64,000 nucleotides of DNA from Flectonema sp. DT1601 (Eukaryota): the NCBI GenBank assembly GCA_964019425.1, contig OZ025788.1, positions 496,001 to 560,000 on the forward strand, read 5' to 3'. Shown piece after piece: positions 1 to 11,987 of this stretch. Each line of letters begins with the position of its first letter. The first letter of the stretch is position 1. The position numbers and the translations under genes were made by a program. The notes beneath the pieces are model-generated. The model saw nothing but the letters and a program-made list of their open reading frames with translations, had not been told where the DNA came from and searched no databases.

Positions 1-2046
1 ACTCACCCGAACATAATAGAATACGTAGACGCAAAACAAACCCCACACAACCTTTACATAATAATGGAACTAATGGAATATGGTTCTCTATCTCATATCA
101 TAAAACAGTACGGCACCTTTCCAGACTTCATATCCGGATACATAATGTCTGAAGTATTACAAGGAGTTAGTTATATACATTACAGTGGACTGATTCACAG
201 AGATATTAAAGGTGGTAATATATTATTATCGGGTTCTGGTCATGTTAAAGTAGCTGATTTCGGTGTTTGTAGCCACACCCATCGTACTGATCGAAGGAGA
301 GCACAGCCTGAAAATACTATAACAGGAACCCCTTGTTATATTGCACCAGAAGTTATAGAGTTAAGCTATCCAGCGCCTGCATCAGATATTTGGTCTGTTG
401 GTTGTACTGTTTGCGAGCTGATTACAGGTCTTCCTCCATACGCATCTCTCACTCCATTATCTGCTTTGTATCATACGGTAAATGATTCGCAACCACCTCT
501 CTCTAAGAAACTATCAGATGAGTGTAAATCATTTGTTCTAAGGTGTTTCTGTAAAGATCCAACCCGTCGAGCAACAGCCATAGATTTGGTAACAGATCCT
601 TGGATTGTTACTTGTACTGAACAATTCAAGAGTCTTGATCTGACTCTTGGTCCTGATATATTCTCAAAGGAATGTCTTCCCATGGTCAGAGAAGGTGCAA
701 CGCCACTCTTGTTAGGAAACACAAACGGATCTCATGGTTTCCAAACAGCAACAATTGATTGTTCATTAATGACTGCAGTAAAGAATGGATCTAGCACTGT
801 TGTTTCTCGTCTACCACAACAAGTTGTAGAGAAAGGGATTGAAGATGGAGTCTTGGGATTAATATTTAATGATAATGGTATCTCATCTGAATGCATTGCT
901 ACCGTCCTAGAAAAGATTATTGATTGCGGCTTTGCTGACAAGATAGTAACTCACCCTCAGGGTATTCCATTCGTGATCAGTCAAGTTCCTTCTGGAACTT
1001 TTCGATATCTCACTATCCTCGCGCGAATCGAAGAAGCATTACCTTGCATACCTCTTCGAGATGTGTTATTTGAGGGTGCGATTGCCACAACTATCGCTTC
1101 TCAACAACTTCCACTAACAATATACACAGCCAGACTGATTGAGTTACAGCTTCAATGTACTCTCGATCCGGGAAGGAAAACACCATCAAAGGTTGTAGAA
1201 TACCTCCTTGACAATAAGAAGTATATTCATGATACTGAAGCACCAATGAATCAAAACGACCCTGTTGATAAATGTGGGAGTAGAGTAGTTGCAACTGTAT
1301 TACGGTGTTTTTATCTTATACTAGATGAGACCCAATATAAGGGAAGAGGCTTCTTAGGATGTTTTCCTGGTAGTAGGTCTCACACTGATTTAAAAACAAA
1401 ACATGCTATTTGGAAAGCTTCTGAATTCATGTTGAAAACACATCCGGAGTGTTGTGATACTGCGGCTAAGCTTCTCCCCCTTCTGTTTAATAAAAAATAC
1501 TCAAATGGAAGTATTTGTTGTATGTTACCACTAATTCAACAAATTGCTGTTTCGGGTGTTTCTTCTCGTCATAATGAACACATATTAAGATACTACTTGT
1601 ACGTCATTAAAAGAAAAGAAACAACTGAAGAAATGCGTGGAGTCATTCTAACTAACTTAACAGCTTGGATGAGTTGTAGTTCGGTCTTGGCCAGTGCGAT
1701 AACAAATTTTCCGATATGTGATTATCTTATCGATCATTGGTGTGGAATTCCTAAAAAGTTAAAAGGTGCTGAAGGTCTCTTAATAGTTTCATCTATGTGT
1801 GTCGATGCTGTTAATCTGAGAATCACACTGGCATCAAACACTTCATTTAGATGTTGGATTGCATCGCTGATACTCGCTGAAGACGTATCGACGGTGTCAG
1901 CAGCTGCTAAACTCGTTTTATTAATTCAGAATAGTCTCCCAGAAGGATGTCCTAAGATATCACCAATGCTGCAACATCTTAACGAATACACCTGTAGTGA
2001 AACTATTGCTTGTGTTGTTGATGAGATTAGGAATCCAAAGAAATGA
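1..2046 (+). CDS. STE-group Ser/Thr kinase (Cdc15/SepA/MAP3K-epsilon-like) with helical C-terminal region; 5'-truncated by window
   Basis: Frame is open from base 1 (THPNIIEYVDAKQTPHNLYIIMEL). Motifs HRDIKGGN, DFG, GTPCYIAPE, DIWSVGCTVCELITGLPPY. Long Leu-rich helical tail. Confidence 0.85.
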   Translation, partial: THPNIIEYVDAKQTPHNLYIIMELMEYGSLSHIIKQYGTFPDFISGYIMSEVLQGVSYIHYSGLIHRDIKGGNILLSGSGHVKVADFGVCSHTHRTDRRRAQPENTITGTPCYIAPEVIELSYPAPASDIWSVGCTVCELITGLPPYASLTPLSALYHTVNDSQPPLSKKLSDECKSFVLRCFCKDPTRRATAIDLVTDPWIVTCTEQFKSLDLTLGPDIFSKECLPMVREGATPLLLGNTNGSHGFQTATIDCSLMTAVKNGSSTVVSRLPQQVVEKGIEDGVLGLIFNDNGISSECIATVLEKIIDCGFADKIVTHPQGIPFVISQVPSGTFRYLTILARIEEALPCIPLRDVLFEGAIATTIASQQLPLTIYTARLIELQLQCTLDPGRKTPSKVVEYLLDNKKYIHDTEAPMNQNDPVDKCGSRVVATVLRCFYLILDETQYKGRGFLGCFPGSRSHTDLKTKHAIWKASEFMLKTHPECCDTAAKLLPLLFNKKYSNGSICCMLPLIQQIAVSGVSSRHNEHILRYYLYVIKRKETTEEMRGVILTNLTAWMSCSSVLASAITNFPICDYLIDHWCGIPKKLKGAEGLLIVSSMCVDAVNLRITLASNTSFRCWIASLILAEDVSTVSAAAKLVLLIQNSLPEGCPKISPMLQHLNEYTCSETIACVVDEIRNPKK

Positions 2047-5000
2047 AGAGTTTCTCTTCTTGTTCCATAACTTGTCTTAATAAAATTCTTTTCGAAGAAA
2101 CTGAGAGATATTTTCATGGAATTCTCTTCATAATATTAAACACTTAGTTGGGGTTACAGGTCTTTGTTTTTTAACGTTGATCCACTAGGCTTCAATAGTA
2201 CTGATCAATGTTTCCCTTGTTCTACGTTCACAATAGAAACGATAATCGACAGATTACACCGAACTAGAAATGACTCCACCATTGTAAGCAACGTGCCCCA
2301 GGTAGCTCTTTATTTGGGCTTCCTTGTTTGTTTTCCTATTCTTATAACTCTCGTTTCTGTTATTCCGGTTTTGGTAATTTTGTTTGGTTTTTCCCCTCCC
2401 CTCCTCTTTTTTAAAATAAATATATATTTTATAACTCAATACCATAATGAAAGCAACCTGTAGACTAGGTTTATTGCTAATGAATACAGAGTGCAAGAAA
2501 GTAGGGACCCTCGTAGAGTCTTACAACCTGCATGGACCTTCTTTTTGCGGTTTTGACCACACAGCAGAATTGGTGTTTTTTTTCTTTTTTTTTTTTTTTT
2601 TCCCCCTCCTTCGGATTAGTATTTGTTTTTTGGTACTTTATTTGCATTTCCCTCCCCCCTTTTCTTCTTTTTTTCGAATTACTTCGACGTTTGGCGATCC
2701 CATGCAGTTGTTTTACCGTCAGCGATATGAAGTCGCGAGTAGCACTTGATAAGAGTCATGTGTTAGCGAAATTCCCCTTTTTTTTTAGTCATAATCAGAG
2801 ACTCGTTTATATTACCTCATTATTCCCTAACTATTCCCAATTGCGGGAACAGCCAAGCAGTTACTCAACCATCATAAGAGTAACGGGAGTAAGGTAGTTG
2901 TCGAAGAAGTCCAACCCACAGCCCAATCAGAATTCGAGAACTCCTTGACAGAGCTCGTGAACTTACTGATAAAGACTTGTGATAAAAATTATTTTGGAAT
3001 TCAAAAAAAAAAAAAAAAAAAAAAAAGGAAATTAGTAGCTACTCGTGTTTTGAGAAGAAGAAATAAAATGACAAGGTTGAAATCAATGCTTCGTTTTTTT
3101 TTTCTCTTTTTTTTCCTTCCCAAAATTTAGATATTAATTCTGCAGAGTTACATAGTGTTGTTATTCCTCTCTTACTAGAGTGCACAAAACCGTTTTAATT
3201 GGCTAACCAAGCAATTTGCTGTGAAAAAAAAAAAGGGGAAAAAAAAAGGAGAAAAAAAAACCGAAATTTCAGCAATGTGTGTTCAATCAAGGACTCACAA
3301 TGTTGATATTTCTTTATCACTAAGTCATCCATGGTGTTTTATATTTTATATAAGAAAACTTGGCAAGAAAAACCTACTGGCTGTGAGAAAAATACTACAT
3401 TTCCGTTTTATTGGAAGGGTTTCTCAGCCTCCTACTTTTTTTGAAATTTTTTTTTTCAATCAATTATTAGGTCACTCTCTCAGTCTCAGCAAGCAATTAG
3501 CTGCTGTGAGAAGAAGAAAAGTCCGATATTCGCGTAATCGATGCGCATTTTCTTCAAAGTTGGATTCTCTTCTTGCGCTTATACAGCCATCGCAAACAGA
3601 TTTTCTCAAAAACAATTTTACAAATCAAAGCAACCCCAGCAAGCCATTAAAAAATTTCCCGACCTCTAATACACACAAGCTGGCATTTTTTAAATGTCAA
3701 AAAAAAAGAATTTTTTTTTTGTACAAACTTCATAACTAAAAAGAAAAGAGAATATAAAAACTCCCATACCCTCTCTGATACTTATGATTATTTGTTAGAT
3801 CACTGCCCTTACTCATGCCTACTTTTTGTAGGGGCATTTGCAGTCTCGAATCGTATTATCGTTGGTGAGGAGATCGGTAGTTCAAAATTGATATTTCACT
3901 CAGCTGTTGTATTTGTGACAAGTCACATCATAAACGATCAAGAGAATTTTCCTATTTTTATTTTTTTTAATGGTTAGCCCAGCAATCACCTACCCAGTGA
4001 TAAGGTTAGAGAGTCAAGAGACTGTGTCAGACACACGACCTATGCTCGTAGGATTGTTAGCATTTGTGTGTCATCATGTATTAATAAGTCTTCTCGGAGA
4101 ACAGCTTCCTTTAGGTTTGTCAAAAGAAACCATTTTTCAATCAAATTAAATAAGAAACTGAATATTATTGGTTCCTTTTTAAATGTGTAGTGTGTTCAGT
4201 GTCGTTTTTTACTTAATTTTTTTTTTTCTTTTCTTTTCTTTTCTTTAAGAAAGATAGCTTGTTACTGTGCTGAATGCGTAAAAGGTAGACCAAATTATTA
4301 TTTTTGTTTTGTGCACAAACCAAAACAGCTGTGCTTTCAACGTTCCTTTTATCTTTGCATTTTAGCAAGAACCTCGTCCTTGTGTAGAGCGTGATGCTGT
4401 GTCCTCCCATATCAGTAAGGAATTACTTGGTTATCTCTCAAATGGTCGGAAACAAGCAACTTGTTCGTAGTTGTCCTTTCAAATTCAACAATCTATACCG
4501 AGTCTTCGGTGACGGCTACAAATTGGGTCCTTTGTTGCTGCGAGTTTCCTAACACATAATGTCATATATTATACAGCAACATTGGATTAAATAACGATAA
4601 CTAACTAAGACTAATTGAGTGTAATTCAATGTGGTGGTTGTTATTTTCAATAGTCGTAAGGATCACAACTACTCAAAACTATTATTAGTATCAATCAATG
4701 CAGTACGTTGTACTCTTTTTAAGTTTTTTCTTCTTCTTTTTTTTGTGACAAGTTCCGACAACTACGAATAAGAATGTTTTCGGTGACATTGCCAGCATAT
4801 TTACGGGAAAAAAAAAACAGCTAAGCACCACTTTGGGAGAATACGAGAATTTTAAACTCACTGGAAATTCAGGGGAAGTAAAACTTTTTTTTTGTTTTTT
4901 TTCTTTTTTTTTCTGTCTCCTAGGGATTAAATTTGCGTTTCTTTTCCATGTGAACAACCCTTAATATAGTCGGACAACCCTTCTTGTCTCCTATTTATTT

Positions 5001-7827
5001 CTCTTTTTTGTTGTCCCAGTTTGGTATTAGCTGACTGCTGACTCTTCCCAGGGTTTGGTTGCTTTTCATTCATTTTTGTTTTTACACTATTTCGGCACTT
5101 TCTCCCTCTTTTATTAAAAAAAAAAAAAAAAAAAAAAACAGAACTGCTGTAAGCAATTGTGGAACCTATTGAAAGTTGTACTCTTTTTGCACGTTACTTA
5201 GGCGGCTCATTAAATCCACGAGAAAAAATGCCTTACAGCATTCAGTTGGGTAGCAATGATGCTCCTAAAAGTCCAGTAGTTTTCTTTCTTTTTAATGATT
5301 CATATTTCCCCACTGTTTTCTTTTTTGTTTTTGTGTTGACAATAATGAAGAAAAGAACATCATATTTTATCCCTCGTCGGATGGTATTGTAAACTTTACG
5401 TCTGTCAATTCCTCTCCCCACCCGGTATTGCGTATTGTATTTTCTCTGAACTGGATCATTTACTGCTGTGTTAGCATCGTAAAGAGAAGTTTGGAGAAAA
5501 GTTTTACCCACCCAAAACACGATCCCGTTCTTTAACATTTTGTGTAGATATTATTTTATCAGACAGTGCTGTGTTTGCGGGTTTTCCCAGAAGACATGCT
5601 GTTGATGCTGTTCATCATTCTTTTCACAGCTGCTACTCGGAATTGCCGGTCGAAACACAGTTGACTCGGTTTTGTAATCAAGTCCACCCACCTTTTATTG
5701 TAGTATCGTTCGCAACGTATACTGCTTGCAGAGCATACAGTTTCTCCCCCTTTTTTCTTGTCTTGCTAAGTATCATCACGACGTTGTTCTACTGACTGAC
5801 TAACTTTGTTTCTTGGCGAGTCCGATGGACATTAAGAAATTAGTTCTTATGAGGAAAAGCAACACCAATTTTTTTTCTTTCTTAACGTTTTCTTTTTTAT
5901 AAAACCTTTGAGAGAATGCACTATTTTATAACAAAACTCATATTCTTAACTTGTTTAAAACTACGTTTTCCACAGTGTTCTACTGAACAGAACATCAGAA
6001 TAATTTACTTGTTTTCATTATCTTATTAGTGACATTCTCCTCAAATGCTTTTTTTTTTTACAATAAACTAATCGCCCTAACTTGTTTCAAAACAGCATGG
6101 TAACATTTTTTTTAAAAAAAAAAAAAAAAAAGGTCCCCTTATTATATACGCTAACCTCTCAGTTAAAAAAGAGTATCCTCGTGTTGTAAAAACCTTTTTC
6201 TGATTACGTGGCGTGACTTTCACGTGATGGATGACTCTCGATCACCAGGTTTAGGGAAATAGTTGCTAGTCCCTTTTTTTTCCTAATCCTGGTTATTTTG
6301 TGTGTTTAAAAAAGTTCCTTCTTCGCTGGCTCTTGATACCTTCTTCGTTTAAACTTAAATCCGAATAAGTAATTTTTGTTTAGTAATTTTGTTTTGATAA
6401 GTGCACCCAGTAGAGCTTCACTGTTGTTTGATGACAGCCCAGCCCTCGTCTCCTGTGAACTGCTGAGACTTGTAAAGCCTTTTCAGAAACCCACAGCCTT
6501 TATATTAGTTCACATCTGCTTGCATAGCAGTTCTTTCTTAAGTGTGAATATATTTTGTTGCTACTGAAACACTCAATTAACACGAATGGTATTTCCCCCT
6601 TCCAGGTATCTATCTCCCTTCAAGTTGCTTTATATTTAATTACAGTAGTCAAGTTACTTCCCAACTCTTTTGAGGAGTAACATAGCTTGTTTTTGTGCTA
6701 TTTTCTTCTTTTTAATTAACTGTGGCATTTTGTTCATATATTTTTTTTTCCAGTTTCAATAATTTTCCTCCGGGTGATGATAAACTCCTCCTTATTATAT
6801 CGTAGAGGAGAACTGCTCTTAGCGTAAGTAGTTACTGGGATTTCTTCACTAAACTAAAGACCAATGTCGCTTGCTGTGATGTTGCGCCTTTAGTATTTTC
6901 GAATATGTGCAGCAGGTACTCTGTACCCTGCTTATTTCATTTTCAAGTTTTTTTTTTTTTTTTTTTTGCATATTTCTCTTCCCGGTGGGAGTGTTTGGAA
7001 ATAAAATTGTAAAAAGGAAATAGTCGAGGAAATATTCTCTAAAATAAATATTCTCGAATTTTGTGCTGGAAAAAAAAAGAAAAAAGAAGTAACCATGTAA
7101 TTAAATGTTTCCTCACAAGACTGAATTTTGAACAGGAACTGGGGGTAGGAATTATTTCTCATGATGAAAAATTCTTGTTGTTAAGTTAGAGATTTCCGAA
7201 GGGAAAAAAAAAGAAATCATTGGATTTTTTTCCTCACGAGAATAATTCTTGTTCTATAATTAGATTCCTAAGTCGCTGTTGAGCGTTCTCTCCAGAGGTT
7301 TGGCTTCCTTGATTTCGATAAATGCTCTCCCTGAGATGCGCTTTGTGTGATACAAATCTTGTGGTAGCTAAAAAAAAAAAAAAAAAAAAGAAATTAGTGG
7401 AGCCTTACTTCCCACGATTAGATTACTCTGTGCCTCCTTTCAATGATGCAAGATTCCTGTTCTACTTCCCTTTTGTCTGCTGTAAGTTTTTGCCATAGCA
7501 ATTTGTGGTTTATTATTTATGTCCCGCTATTTATAACATCACCAACATATTAAGGAAGAAGTAAGGAATTGGAATCTTTCGTTGGATTTATTAGGTTTTA
7601 CGGTGTTAATAAAAAAAGAAAGAAAAAGAACGAAATAAAAAAAGGAAACAAAAAAAAGACTGAAAACCCTAATTGTAGGAAACAAAACATGATTGTGAAG
7701 AAGTGTATTAACTACCAAACACCTTTCTTTTTTATACAGCTCCCAACCTCTATGCGATATTGATTAGTAAGATAAAATAAACTATTTCTTGTTATTATCA
7801 TATTTCTTTAGTAACCCTACTACAAAT

Positions 7828-9885
7828 ATGCTTCGTCAAGTAGACAGGTATATTGAAGAGGGTCCAGGTCGACACTTGAGTGGTGTTGGCTATAAAAGTA
7901 ATAAAGCAGTAGGAGAGGAGAGCTCTGTTGATTATTTAGATCCGATTCTTAATGTTGAAGAAATCCGAAAGGACTTTGTAAGAGGAGTCAAACACAAACT
8001 TCCATGGACTGTATTTAGAGGACTCACACGGATTGTATATGTTAAAAAAGGGGGACTAAGCTGGATAGCAAGACACCCAGACGTAGACGATAAGTTTGGG
8101 GAGACTAAGGAGGGAGAAGTTAGCATTTTTCGATCCGGTTGTGGAGCAATGATTAAAGAGAAGGAATTAGACCAAATTTATGATATGTCAGGTGGTAGAC
8201 TTCACGCATTCGACATCTGGATAAAAGATTCACCAGATTCGGTAGACGACAATCCTTCGATAAATGTATTCAATCAATCAGAATTGAAAGTCGTTGAAGG
8301 GAATGGGTGGTTTGCTCGAGTCCTCTGCGGGAATTTTAAAAATGAAGAATCGACTTCTTCAAGAAACCTCAGCCGCCTCCGCAATGCACCGGGAGCAGTC
8401 CACCACAACACCCGAACAAGAATAATAGAATTTTCACTTACATCATCATCACATAACCTGTCGTATAGAGTACCTCCAACATGGACGTGCATGGCTTTTG
8501 TTTTTGAAGGCGAAGTTGAATTTCAACACAACATGAAGATAGTCAAAGAAGGAAGTGTCATCCTATTCGAACAAGGGGGAGAAATTATAGAAGCCTGGTC
8601 CCAAAATCTAGCTGCTAAGTTTCTGTTAATTGCTTCCCCTCCATCAGCTGAAGCATTCCACAGAGAAGGTGGTATTGTTGGAGAATCCGAAGATGAGGTT
8701 CGTGAGTTTATGTTCCACGAAAGGTGGAAATCAACTATTCAAGAACATGACGCTGCAATAGAACTTATAGAAAGTGAGGAGCTGCAGTCTCTAAATAGCA
8801 CATTTCAAACTACAACACAAGATGAAGACAGACGTCGTCGTGGAAAAACATTTTCAAAAGTTATTTTAAAAGAACATTCTGAACCAAGAGGACTTGGTGG
8901 GCGACGTCAAACTCTCCCTTCTGCTAAAGAAATGACTCGTCGTAGATCAATGAGTCCAGTTGAATTACGATTGGCTCGTCAAAAAGCAGGAGATTCTGAA
9001 GTACCTCTCAGTAAGACTGTTCCAAAAGTACTTCGGAATCGACCTGACTTACTAACTGGAGGTAAAGAAAAGCCTCCTTCAAGATCACATTCTCCTCCCA
9101 GCTTTACTTCAGCACCGAGAAAGTTGTTTTCTCCGGGATCGGATTCTGATGAGTTCGCAAGAACTGCTCCACCTCTGAGTAGATTAACAAAGAGAAGAGG
9201 ATCAGCTGATACTGTCGCTTCCTTCGCTAGTACAGTCAATGTAGGCGAAATAAGACGTCAAAGTGTAACCTTCTCAAATGTTGTTAACTTCGACTCTCTA
9301 GAACGTTCCCACACAGAGTATCATTCAAGACGAGGTTCATCAAATGGGTTTGGTTTTAGTAATCAAAACAACGAAAGCATGCGACAGCTAAAGAGAAAAA
9401 CCAGCAGTTGCGTTGATCTAAAAGAGCGATTGAATTCACTTCAATCACTCAAAGACAGGGGAACACCTGGATTAGAAATTGCTATAATGTCTACTCAGAA
9501 AGAACTTGAAGGTACTCGTCAAAGTCAAATACCTGATGCTGACCAACATCAGCAACCAAATGTTACACCGGAAGAGATGCAGAGATATGAAACAGAGTGG
9601 AATTCGTACTCTGAGAAGTGGACGAAATATCTTAACCAGCTGTATGCATCTTCTCAGAGACAACCTGACAACACAAAACTAAAGAGAGAATATCAAACAA
9701 GACATCGAGAATTTCAAATTCAACTGCAGTTGTTCCAGCAGCGGCAACGAAAATACGAAGCACTTTATGGTCCTCTTCGTCCAGCGAAAGACCTTGGAAG
9801 TACAATGCAGTCAATATGTTCAGAGTCATCCGCTTGTTTTAGCTACAGAGACAGTGCTCGTAGTTTGTCTCTTGGATTTACTTAA
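7828..9885 (+). CDS. Pirin-like bicupin N-terminal domain plus Ser/Arg-rich linker and C-terminal coiled coil
   Basis: First ATG at 7828. Pirin-like segments LDPIL, FRGLTRIVYV, GEVSIFRSGCG, FDIWI, FVFEGEV, AKFLLIASPP..E...REGGIV. Canonical His ligands are absent. Confidence 0.7.
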   Translation: MLRQVDRYIEEGPGRHLSGVGYKSNKAVGEESSVDYLDPILNVEEIRKDFVRGVKHKLPWTVFRGLTRIVYVKKGGLSWIARHPDVDDKFGETKEGEVSIFRSGCGAMIKEKELDQIYDMSGGRLHAFDIWIKDSPDSVDDNPSINVFNQSELKVVEGNGWFARVLCGNFKNEESTSSRNLSRLRNAPGAVHHNTRTRIIEFSLTSSSHNLSYRVPPTWTCMAFVFEGEVEFQHNMKIVKEGSVILFEQGGEIIEAWSQNLAAKFLLIASPPSAEAFHREGGIVGESEDEVREFMFHERWKSTIQEHDAAIELIESEELQSLNSTFQTTTQDEDRRRRGKTFSKVILKEHSEPRGLGGRRQTLPSAKEMTRRRSMSPVELRLARQKAGDSEVPLSKTVPKVLRNRPDLLTGGKEKPPSRSHSPPSFTSAPRKLFSPGSDSDEFARTAPPLSRLTKRRGSADTVASFASTVNVGEIRRQSVTFSNVVNFDSLERSHTEYHSRRGSSNGFGFSNQNNESMRQLKRKTSSCVDLKERLNSLQSLKDRGTPGLEIAIMSTQKELEGTRQSQIPDADQHQQPNVTPEEMQRYETEWNSYSEKWTKYLNQLYASSQRQPDNTKLKREYQTRHREFQIQLQLFQQRQRKYEALYGPLRPAKDLGSTMQSICSESSACFSYRDSARSLSLGFT

Positions 9886-10145
9886 TTAATGATGTTAATC
9901 GTTTTAGTGGTTTGAAGATCTTTGCTGTTAATGATCCTCCACAGAGTCCATAGCACATTATTCTTTTTGTATGTTTTCAATCACATCAGGTGAAACCATC
10001 ACCTGATTATCATACGGAAGGATTTCATCGACGTGGGAACTATTATTCTGAGGAAGTATTTAATTCAGCATATGGCAGACGGTTACAAGTACCTTGTGAG
10101 ATATCATTATTTAATTGGTACGTAAATTATCCCAACAAAACATAT

Positions 10146-10286
10146 GCTCCTCTGAGAGGAAGCAGTTTGATTCAGGGTGTGACGTTACATGTGCAGTAGC
10201 TCCTTTCTATAGGAAGCAGTGTTGCGCATAGTACATATTAGCAGTAGCGATGTAGTCCTTTATAGCCACTCCTTCCAAGGAAGCAG
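10146..10286 (+). repeat. Three spaced copies of a hairpin motif (G/A)CTCCT-N-AGGAAGCAG
   Basis: Copies at 10146-10165, 10199-10219 and 10268-10286, read directly. Confidence 0.6.
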
Positions 10287-11210
10287 CAGGCACATTCATC
10301 GCCTACCAAGCATTGTTAGTTACTTGTTTTTGTGATACTGGAAGTGTAATTTATTCATCGGCGCATTCTAAATGCTGCGATTCAAATCAGCGTCCATTAT
10401 GGGTGTTACTTTTTAGTTGTGTTCCAAGAGAACGATGGCCGCCTTACTATTCATTTGTTGAATTTGTTTTCTTTTCTTTACTTGTCCTCTTCCCATACTT
10501 TTTTGTTTTTTGCGTCTTATTTTCTTGATGTTGTTTCTGTTTTCCCCCCATCCTTACCTTTCTTCAGGTAAGGGAAGGAAGAAGAAGAAGAAGAAGACGT
10601 ACCACAGCTATTGTTATGATTACTTTTACCTTACATTAAGTTACAATATAGATTATTTAGTTAACAATAGTTTGGCGAAATTTTGTTCTGGATTAAGGCC
10701 CCCGGCAGAGTGCCTGCTCTCACCGGTTAGTAAAAAATAGCCAAGAACTGTTGTTTCTTGCTTACCCTTCAGTCGCTACGTAGAATCCTGATTTTTTTTC
10801 TTTTCTTTTTTTTTCTTCGTGAATTATTGTGCGTTTTATTTTCATATTTTATACTCATTTGTATCTGTAGTTCTCTCCTTCCTAGTTTCCTTACTATGCG
10901 AGAGTGCAGAAGTCTTTCTGTATTGGAAACTCAAATAACCAAACCAATGAAATCACAGTACTATTGACTTAACCATGTTGGTATCTTCTCTGATCCGCAG
11001 TGAATCAGAGAAGGCAACCCATGTGCGATTCAGAGACATACTCACCGGTAAGGGCAGTAGGCGGTCACTGCTTACTGTCTCAAGCAATTCAATTTCCCGA
11101 GTGTTCGTCAACAGTCGGCAGCAACGCAAAGTTTTTTACCCGACAATTTAGTTTTTTTTTTTTTTTTTTTTTTGCCACACAATTCGTTCTCAATACAGTT
11201 ATCCAATCTA

Positions 11211-11243
11211 CAGTGCCATACATCAGTGCCATACATCAGTGCC
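11211..11243 (+). repeat. 13-bp tandem repeat (cagtgccatacat) x2.5
   Basis: Read directly from sequence. Confidence 0.9.
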
Positions 11244-11987
11244 CTCTTTGTTGTTGCAGCCTTGCCAGTGTCATTGGATTTTATTCTCGGAGGGTAAAGC
11301 GAAGTTTCCCTTTTGTGTGCTCTAGTTAGAGGAGTATCTTTCCCTTGCTTTCCCCTTTTTCTTTATCCGCTTTTCTCAGCTTAATTCTGAGAAGAGACTT
11401 GACGAATTCTCCGTTCTTTCCCAGCAATTCACACATTGCGTTATCTCGTTTATCATTATTGTCTTTTTTATTTTCCCTTTTGTTTTATTTAGTTCTTTTT
11501 TTTCTTTCTTAGGTCCGACGCAGCTATGACCTTAAACTGACTGTCATCTTACCTGATCCTGTTGTTTTCATTTCTTGCTCCAATTTTTGTGGTACTTTTA
11601 TAAAGCTTTCGGTAAGCCCACAGTACAATTATAATGCTTTAGACAACTGGGGGTGAACAATCTTCGGTACTGTTCGGGGGTTTTTATTTTCTTTCATGGT
11701 ACGTGGGCATATAGCATGTATGGTCGCATTATAAAAAAAGATGCTGTATATGGAATAAGGAAAGATTTTTTATTTTTTTTCACCTTCCCCGTCCCAGATA
11801 AGTTCTCTTTTGTTTTCTTTAGTTGTTTTCAACCTGTCGGCCCAAAGGCGAAGGTTGGGAGCTGGGAGTCGATCACTTCCAGTTGAAGCTTTGAGACTAC
11901 AATCCTCGCGATTGGGTCGGGCTACCAGATTCCTCGTAGTCATCAGTTCTGTATTTTGCTAACTAACTAATTTATACTAAACTGGTA

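Noticed and set aside
6772..6835. Box C motif followed by a hairpin
   Set aside because: No matching D box or identifiable guide sequence.
2164..7763. Many 60-170 aa ORFs rich in Lys or Phe
   Set aside because: They arise from poly-A/poly-T tracts and show no domain motifs. The same applies to similar ORFs at 10-16, 31-35 and 42-44 kb.
10146..10286. CRISPR-like repeat-spacer array
   Set aside because: Only three degenerate repeats with uneven spacing, a eukaryotic context and no cas genes.
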